Source: Nageia nagi (Eukaryota > Plantae > Pinophyta). From it: a DNA stretch of 64,000 nucleotides. Below the pieces are notes generated by a model, which saw only the letters and a program-made list of their open reading frames with translations, was not told where the DNA came from and did not search any database. The position numbers were made by a program, and so were the translations under genes. Below, piece after piece: positions 11,412 to 24,895 of the stretch; position 1 is the first letter of the stretch; each line of letters opens with the position of its first letter. Where the stretch lies: the NCBI GenBank assembly GCA_050084985.1, contig JBITNC010000001.1:57536001-57600000 (forward strand). The letters run 5' to 3'.

Positions 11412-11416
11412 ATTAT

Positions 11417-12310
11417 CTCCTTACTTTACCATCCTCCTCTAAGTATTGTGTTTGAACACACACTTGATCAAGATTAGTAGGAGTAAACAACATGATAGTC
11501 TTTTGTAAATGACTATTGTAAATTACTATGTAAAACTCCAATGTACTTCATTAAAGTTTGAGGATCTTTTAATGAAAACCCAAGCAAAGTAGCTTGTTTT
11601 CTAAATTTTGTATTGTATTCTTGAATATTTTTCCCTCTTTTTTGTCCAAAGAATTGCCATTTTATCAATTATTTATTATGATGTCCTAATGGATAGAATT
11701 GATCTCTTAACAACTCCTTAAATTCATTCCAAGAAGATATTTCAGACAAGTGTTCATGATTAAGAGTTTTGACATAGCTTTCCACTAAACTAAAGCATGT
11801 ACACTCATGTTTAATCTAGCAAAAGATATTTTATCAACATGATTTACAACATCATGAATTTGTAAATAAACCTCCAATTGTTTCAACCAATTGTTCACCT
11901 TTTTCACATCAACCTCTCCTCCAAAAGTAGGAATGTCCACTTTAGCTTCCACCTTGAATGGAACTCTATTTGATGAATATGATGAATTAGGTCTTCCAAC
12001 TACATCATGAAATATTTGATTGACATTTACATTTGATCTAGCAGCCAACAACTCAACCAACCGAGCCAAGTGATTCTCCATTACTGAAAACCTCCTTTCA
12101 AATCTGGCATTTGTAATGGTACGTACAAGTGACTGTTGCTCCTCTACATTATCCGTTGTAGTTGCTCTACCCTTTTGACCAATCTTAGGATCCTTTGGAA
12201 TCAATTCTAGTCCTGTAGGTCTCCTCCCAAATATCAAATTTCACACTATTGGTTGCATGGAATTCTCAAAATTCCAACCCCAAAGTTTGGTAGAACAAGC
12301 TTTGATACCA
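11417..12310 (-). mobile_element. CRM-like gypsy leader and gag N-terminal half, with PBS at 12299-12310
   Basis: ORF 11785-12237 VPFKVEAKVDIPTFGGEVDVKKVNNWLKQLEVY is retrotransposon-gag-like. gctttgatacca is the reverse complement of the tRNA-Met PBS tggtatcaaagc. Confidence 0.9.
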
Positions 12311-12312
12311 TA

Positions 12313-14081
12313 TGATTTGTAATCATTAGATGCTTATGGCATACTCGGATCCTCACTTACATATTCAAATGAAAATAGTTAACCATTATAAGATCATACA
12401 AATTACATATAAATTTGAAATTTGCTCAATTTAAACTACAAAACTAGCAATCTCAAACACAACAAGACCAACATAATGATTTACCCTAGTTCACCCAATG
12501 TGGGCTAATCTAGCATGGAATTGGAGCCTTCTCTTCTCATTATCTATGGACATTACAATATTACATGCATAGAGAAATACCATCAACATAATGGCAATAC
12601 AATATCCTACAATTACTACAATCTCCTATAGCAAGAAGAATATACAATCTCAGAACTACAAAAATCTAGAATGACTCTTGGCCTTCCTTCAAATCCTGCA
12701 ATCCCAAAATATACAAACTCTCAAAACTTCCATTCATTGAGAATTCAAGGGAATGGCATGCGATTAAATAAGCCTTGAATCACCTCGTAAATACCTTCTT
12801 GACATCAGTTATAGAAGCTAAAATAGTTCCTTTATCCAACACATCAACATCCCTTCAAATCCCACTAGTGACTCATCAAATTGTACACCAATGGTGACCT
12901 AGATTGAGATTTTTACATGCCACTAGTAGCCTAAAACTAAATGTTGATCAACTCTAGATTTTGATTTTTAATCTATCTTCAAGCATAAGTACCTCTATAT
13001 TAAGTACTAATCTTGAAAATATAACTTGACATGATCTAATTCAGATCAAAAATTTGCATAGCATCATCCAAAATCTAGGGCTCCTCCTAAGGTGCTCTCC
13101 AAGTAGGAATGACCTACGAGCCTATAGACAAATCTCTCTTCACCATGTACTAATAGTAGCATGGAGGCATGGGTAGGATTCCTTGCTAGATCCTAAATTA
13201 TCTCAATACTCATCTAGGGTGGTAAGGCTCCATGATCATCCTCCAAGTCTAGAGGAAGCAATGCTAATGAAACCACATAAGATGATGAGCATCGATGTGC
13301 CATACAAAGTCTTTGTAACACACCAATATGAGATCCTCCACCTGGAGATGATCTATCTCTCTCCTCTACAACTTAAGAGAGTATGAATACCTATAATCAC
13401 CTTCTTGGGAGGTCCAACATACTAATGCAATGTCATGTGGATTCTCTCTTGCCTGCTCTAAGCCTACAGGCTACATAATTACAATGTGCTCATATGCCCA
13501 TATCTACAACAAACTGTCATGAGCAATAGTAATGTTGAACTTATCAACACTAACAAAATTATACAAATCCTTGTATAATTTGGTGGCCAATACCAACATT
13601 TCCCATGTCCCCCTCTCATAAATTTGAAGAACAATCCACACTATACCTAGGGGGAATGCATAACTGATCTTATCTAGACACAAATAAGTAGCGATGATAG
13701 TAGTAATGTATAAATGCAAGTGTTGCCTAGCTAGGAAAAACCTAGAAAACTCTATAAGGTGAGCTGCTTGGTGCTCCCAATCATGGTCTGCTTCCCCTAT
13801 GAGCCTGAGGACCTCCTGCTCATGAACATTATTTTCTACAATCTCTCTCTATTGTATGAGGATTACCCTAATGGAAATGCCCAAAATCTGGTATACATAT
13901 AAAAGGGTCATAGTCATTTCACCTGGGGGTAGGTGAAATGAACAACAGTATGGGTCCCACCACTCATCCAATGCAATAAGGAGTGGAAGGTCTTATTGGA
14001 TTGTGATAGTAATAGCTAAATCTACCAATCCACACTAGTCTAGAATATCATCCATATGTGCTTTTCATGACTAGCACAACA
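12313..14081 (-). repeat. Probable 5' LTR of the CRM-like gypsy element (outer boundary uncertain)
   Basis: Plus-strand TG at 12313 lies two bases from the PBS. Candidate outer end ...ctagcacaaca at 14081 reads TGTTG on the minus strand. The partner LTR is outside the window. Confidence 0.5.
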
Positions 14082-15990
14082 CTTTTTTGAGTGTTATGAT
14101 AGTCATAGGACCTCTGTGAATTAGTACCTTGTACTCATGCAAAATAATCATGAAGCAAGTGCATGCATGCAATAATTATAATTGAGAATGAAAATTAAAT
14201 ATAAAAAATAAAATTGCATAATGAAGAGAATAGAATAACTCACTGTATGATCGTAGGGTAGGGAATGAAGGTACTCTATGATGTGTCGCCACTAACCTAT
14301 GATGGATGTTTGATTCCCCTCTAATTACTATTTTCCATGAGGAATTAAGGTCAAACTATATAAAATTGGACTACATAGGATAAAACTCAAGTTATCACTC
14401 CTCCCCATACACATATGCTCAAGAAAATGTAAAATAATTGAAGAATGGTTAGCACTTCATCTCTGGTTCAACTAGAGGACCAGAGCACTAGAATCGATAG
14501 AGTAAAAAGTCAAATTGACTTTTTATTTTAAAATTTTTCTAATATAAGGTTGACTTTTAGGCCAAACTTGGGGCATCATACTTTTCTATCGTAGAGCATG
14601 TGAAACCATTATTTTAAATGCCTAAAATAATTGAAAATATTTTAAACGATTATCATCTCTTTTTGCAAGCATATAATGACCATTTTTCCTATGCAAATTC
14701 CATTTTTATGAGATAGATGTGCATTCAATTGGAAATGATTTAGAACAATAAGAAATTTTAATTTGATAGCCTATCACTCATCCCACATCAAAACCATACT
14801 ATATGCATTTTTCAATTTAATTTGTATTAAATTTGGGCCACTAGAGGTGTGAAATTGGAGGAAATAGATAAAATTCAAAATGCACCCTTCAAATTTTGGT
14901 TATTTATAATCTTTTGGAATGCTGATTGACACTTGAACATTAGAGTACGACATGATATTTTATTATTACTATTTAGTTTCATTGTGATAGTACATTAAAT
15001 TTATATTTTTTAGAATCATGACTAGTAGCGAATGTAGGTATAGCCAAAATTCATTTTTTATCATCAATTGAAGATGCCAATTGATTTGAATGTTAGTTCA
15101 TTCTTTTGGACATCACCAACAATGTAGGAAGGGATAAATTGAGCATACTTTCAAATAATTTCCTCAATTATACTTGTCTCATAATTTTATGTAATGGTTA
15201 CTTGAATATCAAACACATTAGAATGGTGAGTGCCAAATATTAGCAAAACTTGTTGTCTTGAGCATATCTAGGAAATTGTTATAGCAAATTATCAATGATG
15301 CTCTATTTCTAAAAGACATTGAAATGACATAAGCACATGATTTTTATACAATTTTCAAAATTCTATAGAAAACCTTAACAATTCTACGCTACCAGTGGCC
15401 TAAAATTGCTACAAATCCTTTCTACTTGGGGCATATCAATATTTCAATAAATTTTGATGTTTTCTAATTTTTTTATGGAAATGATATCCTTTCAAAATAG
15501 TGATCAATTTTGATGAAGATAAATACAAAAAATTTGGCACATCTCATAGTGCCTGCAGCATGGGTTTCCATCGAAAACTTATGTGAATTGAATTTCAATA
15601 CCATTTAATGGTTGAATATTTAGGTATTTTTTTTATAAATTACATATGATGATTTAATGATGATCATATGAATGAAAGATTTGAGGCATAATTCATTGAA
15701 ATATCAAAAATTACTTTTCATAGCCATGGTCTACCCATGAGTAAATATTGCATTCATTGCAGGACATCACGAGTGTGAGTCACTCAAAGACCATCTATAG
15801 GCTATGAACTGTTCAACATAGTAGCCTATATACCAGATATATGATATTCAAATAATACAAATATCATTCATAGACAAGGATTTGACCTTAACAATAGTTT
15901 ATGTATCACATTCTACATCCCTATGAGTCATTGTGACCATAGCAAAGAAAAAAAGAACTATCTCAATATTATATTTATTTCATCCTTGCT

Positions 15991-16545
15991 ACAAAGCATA
16001 ATTTATTTTGGTCATAAACATAAAATGTATGATCGTCGATGGCCAATGACATGACTAGGGAGAGTTCACTCACTTAAAATATAAACTAGCGATGTAGCCT
16101 AAAGCAAGATGTTAACATTGGCTCATCTGTAAGGATGATGCAACTTGTTGTGTATCCATATGGTTTTTTCCTTGAACCATACAAAGCATAATATCTTTGA
16201 ATCATAGACATAAAATGTAGGACCATCGATGGCCAACAACACGACTAGTGAGAGTTCACCCATTAAAAGATAAACTGACGATTCAACCATAAGCAAGATG
16301 TTGACATTAGCTCATCTCCAATGGACAATGCAACTTGTTGTGTATCCACATGGTTTTTTCTTTGAACCATACAAAGCATAATATATTTGATTCATAAAAA
16401 TAAAACATATGATTATCGATGGCCATCAATATGGCTAGTGAGAATTCACTCACTTAAAAGACAAATCAACAATGCAATCGTAAGTAGATTATTGATATTG
16501 ACTCATCATCAATGAATGAAGTAACTCACTATGCATCCATACTAT
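15991..16545 (+). repeat. Three tandem ~190-bp repeats in the 3' internal region of a decayed LTR element
   Basis: acaaagcataat...tcgatggcca...gagagttcac...gcaacttgttgtgtatcca recurs at 15991, 16181 and 16371. Confidence 0.85.
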
Positions 16546-17099
16546 TTTTATTGCTAACACTTTCTTGCAAGTTTCTATATCATGAAGACTAGAAGAAGAA
16601 ATCAAGCATCCAGTGCCACTAGCAATGTACTGACTATTTCTACACTGCCCATAGCATGCATCTCATTAACATTCCATCTTAGGGAAAGAATATCTCCTCT
16701 GTTTCAATGCATGAACGTAAGTGTAATAGTTTCTCAAGTATCAGACACAATGGAATGGCCACATTCATGATTGAAATAGTACAAGGGGAAAAAAGATATC
16801 TTGCACCTCTAGCATTGGATGTGGAACCATACAACTACCTAATAGCAAACTCATTTTCAAGATACAAACAACATTATTCCTACAGAGACACACTTCTTGA
16901 GATTTTATCTTGGTTGCACCATTCAAGGACCTTTCCTAGGGCATCCAAGTCAAAAAAGGGTAGCAAAGGACCCTCATTTTCATCATCTACAACAAATGAT
17001 AGTGCAACAAAAGAGTTCAAAGTTCTCAAAAAAATTCTTTTGTACTTCTTTAGACATGTAATTTCATTGCTTTAATCACATCTCCAAAGAGGGGCAAAA

Positions 17100-17745
17100 T
17101 TTAGACACCTAAAATTGAATTATTATTTATTAAATAATTCATTTTAGAGCATCAATAATATGTAATGTAAATAAGGGGTTTAAAAAATACCCAAGCTATT
17201 TAATTTTTGTACTGGACCCTTGTACTATGTACAAGGGGTCAAAAGGGCCTAAGTCACGTAAAGGGAAATAATCCCAACATTGAGGGATGTTGCTATATAA
17301 AGACATCAAACATAATCTAAAAGGTTCATGGAAGAGAACAAGGATGTTGATCCAAGATAGATTCTAACAAATGTTATATCACTCTATTATGCATAACTAT
17401 TATTCTTGAAATATATCTTCTATTCATGATCTGATGAATCTTTCATTTTCTCATCGCTACATTCTTTATTGCATCTATATTTTGCTTATTTTGGGCTGCT
17501 AACGGTGTAGCTCACTTAGGCTACTAACGATGTAGCTCGCTTAGGTTGCTAATGGCATGTGTATGAATGAATGTATGCTTGTATTTTACGGATAATGTTC
17601 CTAGTAAGTTAAGCATGCGATTTAATTAAAGGTACATATATCTTCATTATCTATTATTGCCATATTTTTGATATATGTGATAATAAAATAATTATAGATC
17701 AATAGTGCATCATTTTCATTATTTATGCATTATTTTGGGTCTACA
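17100..17745 (+). repeat. 3' LTR of a decayed gypsy-type element, preceded by a PPT
   Basis: aaagaggggcaaaa then t(t)tagacacc...gggtctaca (near-inverted termini); TATA-like ctatataaag near 17294. Confidence 0.65.
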
Positions 17746-18596
17746 AAATGATTGATCGATTTGAGCAACTCCTAGTGAAGATTTTCTTCCTTGCATTCCT
17801 AGCATGAACTTTGCTTGTAGTTCATCAACAACTTCTATCTGATTAATCACATAGTTCTCTAACTAAGTAATTAAAGCTGAATGATTATCACTAGCAACTA
17901 TACAATGTATGGAAAAGCTTCATAGCAACCTTGTAGATATACAATTCCCAACAGATGAATCATTTTGATACCAAAAGTTTATTCATAAATGAGAGTGGAC
18001 TACCCCCTCTCTTATTGGATTCAATTCACACTTAGAAAATTAAAGTACTAAGTGCTTGTAGAATTAAAGAGAACAATAATAAGAGTAATTAATCATAAAC
18101 AAATAAAAGGACACAAAATATACACTGGTTCAACCCTCTCCATCCTACATCCAGTAAGAATGCTCCTCTCTTAATGGTGAAATGGTGATTACAATAGCCT
18201 CAATGGGCTCTTCTCTCTCCCTGTTTCTCTCAGGATAACTCTCCTCTTAAGAGTAAACAATGAAATAGACCTTACAACTATAGTGCAACAACAATAATAA
18301 CTCGACTGTTCTCCTAGTATATCTTAAAAGGCCTAACTCTAGATTTTTGTCTACTAGTGTTTATGATCTTCACTTAGCCTCAACTCACTTCTACAAAGTG
18401 ATGTTAAACAACACTAAGACAACAAAAATAATATACAATCTAGATCCTCTCGTGCCACTTACAATGTGCCTCTTTATAATTATAAGAGGTCTTAAATTAG
18501 TATAGTTACAATTACTAGATTTTGTATCTAATTTTATCAATTCCAAACCTAATTTGTGCACAATGTGATGCATGTCCCATTTGGCATTAGTCAACA
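17746..18596 (-). mobile_element. Truncated LTR element: LTR (~17976-18596), PBS (~17963-17973) and short leader
   Basis: ttttgatacca is a reverse-complement tRNA-Met PBS remnant. The minus-strand LTR would start TGTTGACTAATGCC at 18596. Confidence 0.55.
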
Positions 18597-21500
18597 ATCT
18601 TTTCTATATATCTCCATTCTGGTATGAATCATAAAATTTTTGTTCCCATCTAAGTAAGGCTATTCTATTTATTTTGTCATCTCCTAGAATAGTAATTAAA
18701 TATTACTATTATTGTTTAGAATCGAAGAATATCTTTAGTAGATGTATTTTTATGAACAAACTCTCATAGCCTATCGAGATTCACCTTATCGACCAAATAG
18801 CTTTGAATTACAGAATTGGCATGTCTTAGAATGTTGCTATGATCTGTAACTCTTATGGTAAAGCATATTTTTCTAAAAATAGATTAGTCTATCAACCTCC
18901 CATATTGGAAGTTGAATGGATCCTAGCGAATAGAATTAGCAAATGATACAATTTTTGTCTCCATCATTCCTCAAACTAGATGATGTTTCCCATTTTTGTA
19001 GTCTAATAACTCTAAAATTTCTCAATTTCTAGATGGACATCTTTTCCAAACTAAGCATTAGTTCAATATCCATCAATGACTTATGGATAGGTCTCCTTCA
19101 TTAATAGTTTACAAATAACTCACAAATAAACTGCTTCTCCACAATCAATACCTCCCAAATCCTGAATTGACTATTTTGAATATTATATACTCACATCATA
19201 AAATATCATTCCAAATCATAAGGTCACCACCAAATACATTCAATTTTATCCATCATATGTTATCCAACATGACTAACAGCAAATGTATCGGAAGACCCTT
19301 GGCTTGGGAAAAGAAAACCATCCAAGTTAAAACCTACATGCACAATGAGTAGGCTAATGTGGGAAGCTGACATAGTTTTAAGGAATCACTTAACCTAACA
19401 ACTTGCATGTGTGGAGAATGAGAAAGCTGACCAAATAATAAGGTGTTAGCTATACATGTTACCATTGTGCATATGGAGAAGAAGACACCTTGCAAAAGCC
19501 TTCATGTGAGTTATCCAAATGACTAACAACCGATGTGTTTTCCACTATGAAATAGTCCACCTCTATGAAATAATCTATGTACTCCTCACTAACCTCATTA
19601 GTTACTGATGGTCAAGTATTGACATTTCTAATTATGATATACTCCTTTAGGTATGCAAATTGGAGCTTCTACAGTCTATGCGATCTTCACATGATTGATG
19701 GTTGAACATAATGTAGACTCAATTGGGTGTAGGATGATAAGGCGCAACATCCACCATTAGGCTTAGTTACAAGCATAATGTTAGAAATCCATGAGGAATA
19801 ATCAATGGAACAATAAAAATAACAACAAGATACTTTTTGATTTCCTTTTTAATAGCAAGGGCTACCCTAAGGTGTATATTTCTAAGCTTTTGTTGGATTG
19901 GTTTTATATTTTCATTAACAACTAAGCTATGAGTGATAAAATTGGAATCAAGAATAGGCATATATTAGAATAATATCAAAAAAACATTAGAGAACTCTCT
20001 TAAAAATAGGTAGTACCTTTCCCATTCTTCCAAGGTTAACCAAGCTCCTATTCTGATCAACTATGAGTCCTCTTGGTACTGATGTTTACTTCTATTATTT
20101 CTTCACTAAGATATGATGTTTCATCATTGAGTTGGGGAGGCATAGGAAATGCCCCTAGTCCTAGCATCCAAACTTAATCCTAAGAGATGGTAATAATGGA
20201 GTGGTGGTGCTAGTATCTTAGCATTATCACTCTATTAAAGGATGGGATGATTGATTGTGAAAGACTGACTACCTAGAACTAAGATTGACTAGATAAAAAA
20301 TAAAGAAAATAGTAAGGATCTAACCTTCAATGTTTGCATCATCCATGTAGATATCCTCATTAAAATAATCCTAATATCATATAAACAAATTGTTTAAGCC
20401 TCTTTTCAATTGATTTGGGGAACTCACTCCATACCCCCAGCTTCTCAAGGATAGCATCATCATTCTTGAATATGTCCACTCAAATCAAAACCATGGAGGT
20501 AAGAATGGATCTACATCATAAGTCTCTAACTCCTCTATAGGATCATGTATCATGCCACAATGCAACCAATCATCAAAGATATCTTTGGTGCATCCTGATC
20601 ACTACTATCAACATGATGAATGACAAGGATTGATAAGGATGAGCTAGGTTAGACTCATCAAATCTAACATTGATCATTCTCTTGTACTGAACTTCATTCA
20701 AATAGGCTATATGATACCCTACTCATTCTTACCTTAATTTTTTTTCCACCATACTAAAATTTATGCATGTATAGTTAGCAAAAGTAGAATCGATACTATT
20801 GAAATGCATACTTATTATACCTAGTGATTTTTATGGAATAAAAAGTTATATCTTCCTTGTCAAATGCATTTTTTTCTTTGTGTTCTTGATAAGGAAAATT
20901 AACATCTTCAATGAGATCATCATTCATCTAGGAATAGCACAACAATGCTTGAGTTCATCCTCCTTTGAGTGGCGACACTAAATTTCTAGAACAAAAAGAG
21001 GTCATCTAAGCTCCCTAAAATTCTCCCAAATATCAATCTCTAGGATTTTATATACTCTGAGTCTTACCTCTTGTGAAGTAACATTGTTGATAGGTGTTGG
21101 TGCATCTTCCTCATTTTTAACCAAATCATGAAGGATCCAAAACCTCTTAGTTTCTTAACATACATTTGTAGGATTTTCTTCTACATGAATAGTAACTTGC
21201 TTTCCTTTTACATAAATTTAATCGATCGATGTAATGTGGAAGTAACAAAACTAATCTTATGGATCCATGGTCTACAAGCAACAAGTCATATGGAAATTTC
21301 ACTTGAAAAGCATAAATATTTTTATGTACAATTTTGCCAATACTTAAATAGGCATAGACACATATCCAATGCATTCCTTTTTAGTATTATAAACCCTTTT
21401 ATGTTGATAGTAGTTCTTTTCATTTTTACATAGATTGAAGGAAAATACTTTTGTAACAATTCAATTGAAAATACTTTAACATTTGAACTAGTATCAATCA

Positions 21501-23784
21501 AATTTTTCTTAAAAAGAATACCATCAATATTAACATTGATATACAGTCCTAAATTCTTCTCAATAACATCTTCACTAGGTAATTCAATTTCTTGAAAGCA
21601 AAGCATGTTACAAACTAAATCAATATCAAGATTAACTACTAGTTTGACAAATTTAGCAACACAAATATCCACATCAACTTCATTTTCTTAAGTTAATCAA
21701 ATAAAGTATTTTTATAATCAATTGAAAATTACAAAAGTTTAAAAATACTTATCTTGTCATGATTACCTTTAGTTTCTCAAGGAATGTGTTAATATAAAAT
21801 TGTGAGGGATATTTGTTCACTCTACTATAGCCGAATTGATGCTCCCTCTAGACTTCCTCTCTTGTGGTATTGCATAGTTCTTGGTTGAAAATGATATTTG
21901 TTATGATGGTTTTGGCTTCCTCTAAAACAATGGATGAGCCTCATATTGTATTTTACCATCATCCAACATTTTTTGCAATTATTTTCTTAAGATGATGCCT
22001 ACATTTTTTCTATGATCTTTAACCTTGTGATATTTGCAAAATTTTGTTTAATTTTATCAACTAGGTTTATCATCATGAGGACCTAGCTTTTATTTCAGAT
22101 TAATTTGATTAGTCCTTTTTGTAGGCAATCATTGAACATAATAGTAGGAGCCAAATGTAACCTATTATTCTTCCTAAAATTTTATTTTTCTTAAAATTTT
22201 TGTTGCTCTTTAGATAGGGGTTCTTCTATGGCATGTACTTCTTTATCTTCCTTTTTCTAATGACTACCTCCCTTAGTTTCCTTATTAGGTTTTCTATATT
22301 TTAAGTTACCATATTGACTAAGCACTTCTCCGTTTGGGTAAACATATGCATAATTTCTATAAAAGGTAGTGTCATATAACCCAAGGTTATGAACTTAAAT
22401 TTAGGATGGATATTATGGACAAACATGGATGTGATATGAGGCTTGGATAATGGTTCGAGTAATCATGCTCCATATTTTTTATAATCTTTGGGATAATTTG
22501 TCAAATCTCTCATTTGAACCTTGGATGGCACTAACTAAATCTAAAACTTTCATTTTTTTAGGAGCATAATATTTGAAATGGATGTAAAATTTCAAGATAA
22601 CTTGTACAAAAGCAATTAATAGATTTAGCAGGTAAAGAGAAGTACTAATTGAGCACATCACCTTTGAATGTAGTAGGGAAGTATTTAGCCATCAAGCTAT
22701 TATTCACCCCAAATTTTTATTCAAACTTCATCTTGAAAGCCTTGATACGAGGCATAGGATCTCCCTCTCTATTGCATGTATTGAAAATAGGTTTCACTTA
22801 CAAATTAGGTGCCATAGTATTGTGAATCTCATCACATAGTGGATTCAAATCCCTAGATGTGGGTGGAGTAGCTCCAATGGATTGATTGTTTCCCCTAATG
22901 TTAGAGGCTTCACATCTCTCTTGTTTCCATATAACATATTCTTCATATTAATCTTTGCTTGCCTCATCAAAGGTATTGACCATGGTAAGAAACTCAATAG
23001 GTTTTATTTTTGAAATACTTGAAATTAAAAATTAGTCCTATCCAAAACCCTAGGGTTTTGGCACAAATAGTTAAGGATAATGCGATGTGTCAAAAAGGAT
23101 TCAGGTTTACCAATTTTTATAATTGAAATGATAATAATTAAGTGTTATTTATATAATATTAAATTAAATAATTAACTAAAAATAACATGAAATTGATGAC
23201 ATGAAAGATGATAATACCTAATTAACCTTGACCTTATCAAATTAATTTATGAAAGATACAAACATGTACTTTACCTGTAACGATGATAGAAGATGATATA
23301 TGATCGAAAGAGGAATGATAAGCTTCTTTGAAATATGGAGCCACGAATATGACCTCAACCTAGCATCGATACTAGGAATCCAATGATACTGCTTGGTTAC
23401 CATACAAAATACCTCATCCTTTTGTTTGATGTCATTGTACCACCTTCAATGCATGAAATCTCACTCATCATGAATGAAAGATCATAAGAATGTAGAGCTC
23501 AGAGTATAACATAAGTATATTACCACCTATCAAGGATTTGAGATTATGTCATGTCATATCATCTCTTTGATCATGCACAACCCCTCCACCTTTATAGGCA
23601 ATAGGTCTAATGGTAAGGCTCCTCCTTAAGCTTATTGTGATGTGGAGCTGACCTGTTACCATAAAACATAAAGGTAGTGAGAGTGCACATTAAAAAGAGT
23701 ATTTATTTAATAAATTAAATAAATTATTTAAAATACCTAAAAGGGTATTTTAATTAAATTAAAATTCTTTTTTAGGTGTTAACA
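18597..23784 (-). mobile_element. Highly decayed Tat/Ogre-like Ty3/gypsy element (5' LTR, gag, start of RT)
   Basis: Minus-strand remnants: gag-like NTCNREGDPMPRIKAF (~22750), knuckle-like FCKYHKVKDH (~22030), RT N-terminus MPILDSNFITHSLVVNENIKPIQQKLRNIHLRVALAIKKEI (19961). Candidate LTR start TGTTAACACCTAAA at 23784. Confidence 0.75.
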
Positions 23785-24875
23785 AGCAATGTAAAGTACC
23801 CTATGATACTTTTTTTGTAGTGATGAATTATAATATTTTTAATGTATTGATGTATATTCAGAGTGACTTGATAATTGATAAAAATGTTAAAGAAGAGAAA
23901 GTAATTATAAATAAGGATTAAAAAATTATTTTCATTACCTTTTATTCATTAGCTTGAGCAAGAAGCCTATGATTGGATGATATTGTACCTTCTTCATTTG
24001 GATACACTCTATCATCCATGTACATGATATAATGTTGCAATAACAATCATTATCTTGGATTGTTACTATGTCATTAAATAAAATTTGATTGTAAAATTTT
24101 ACTAAATATATGACTGTCATACCTTGACACTAGTCTCTACCGTGTATGCTATGATGGCATAAAAAGAAACTAAAAATAAGATCAGGAGCTGCTAAACCTG
24201 TAACATGTCTATTAATTTTGGATGGTACTTCAAAATCTACAATTATTGCTAGCAATCAAAAGTCTTATCCTATTAGCAATGAACTCATTACCAATATCTA
24301 TTTATTAGAGGGTAAGATTAAATCACATCATAGGAAATTATTTAGACACAAGAACAAAAAGTCAAACAGAAGTTATTGAAGAGTGGGGGCCATCTCCAAC
24401 TCTTGGTATATTATCTAATAGAGAATGATTCCTTCCAATACATAAAAACACATCAGAATTAAGTATTATAATCAATGGTATTTTATAATGTACCGCAAGC
24501 ATCCAATAGTTTCCATTTTACATGTACAAGTTCATGTGAAGCATATATTATTATATGAGGCCAATGGCACTTCCTACAAGCTTCCTCTCTAAGAGAAGTT
24601 GATAAACATGTTGTCAAGATTTCTTGTACTTACAGTGTAAAATTCTATTATCAACATAAAATTCCTTCACAAAATAAAATAGTTCAAAATAAATCATTGT
24701 AAGGAAATACTCATATTTTAAAAAACCACCAAACCTAATGTTTTTTGAAGATATATGAGACTATGTAAATTGGAAAATAGTGAAGTTTTTTTTTCTTGGC
24801 ATGAATATGGTGGAGCCTCCTCCTCACTATGGAAACTTGTGCTTGGATTAAAGTATGTATGTTCATGTACAATAC

Positions 24876-24895
24876 ATATATATATATATATATAT
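24876..24895. repeat. (AT)n microsatellite
   Basis: About 10 AT units. Confidence 0.9.

Noticed and set aside
14082-15900. Possible additional LTR (gtcgccact motif near 14285)
   Set aside because: Looks retroelement-derived, but I could not define termini, a PBS or a partner repeat.
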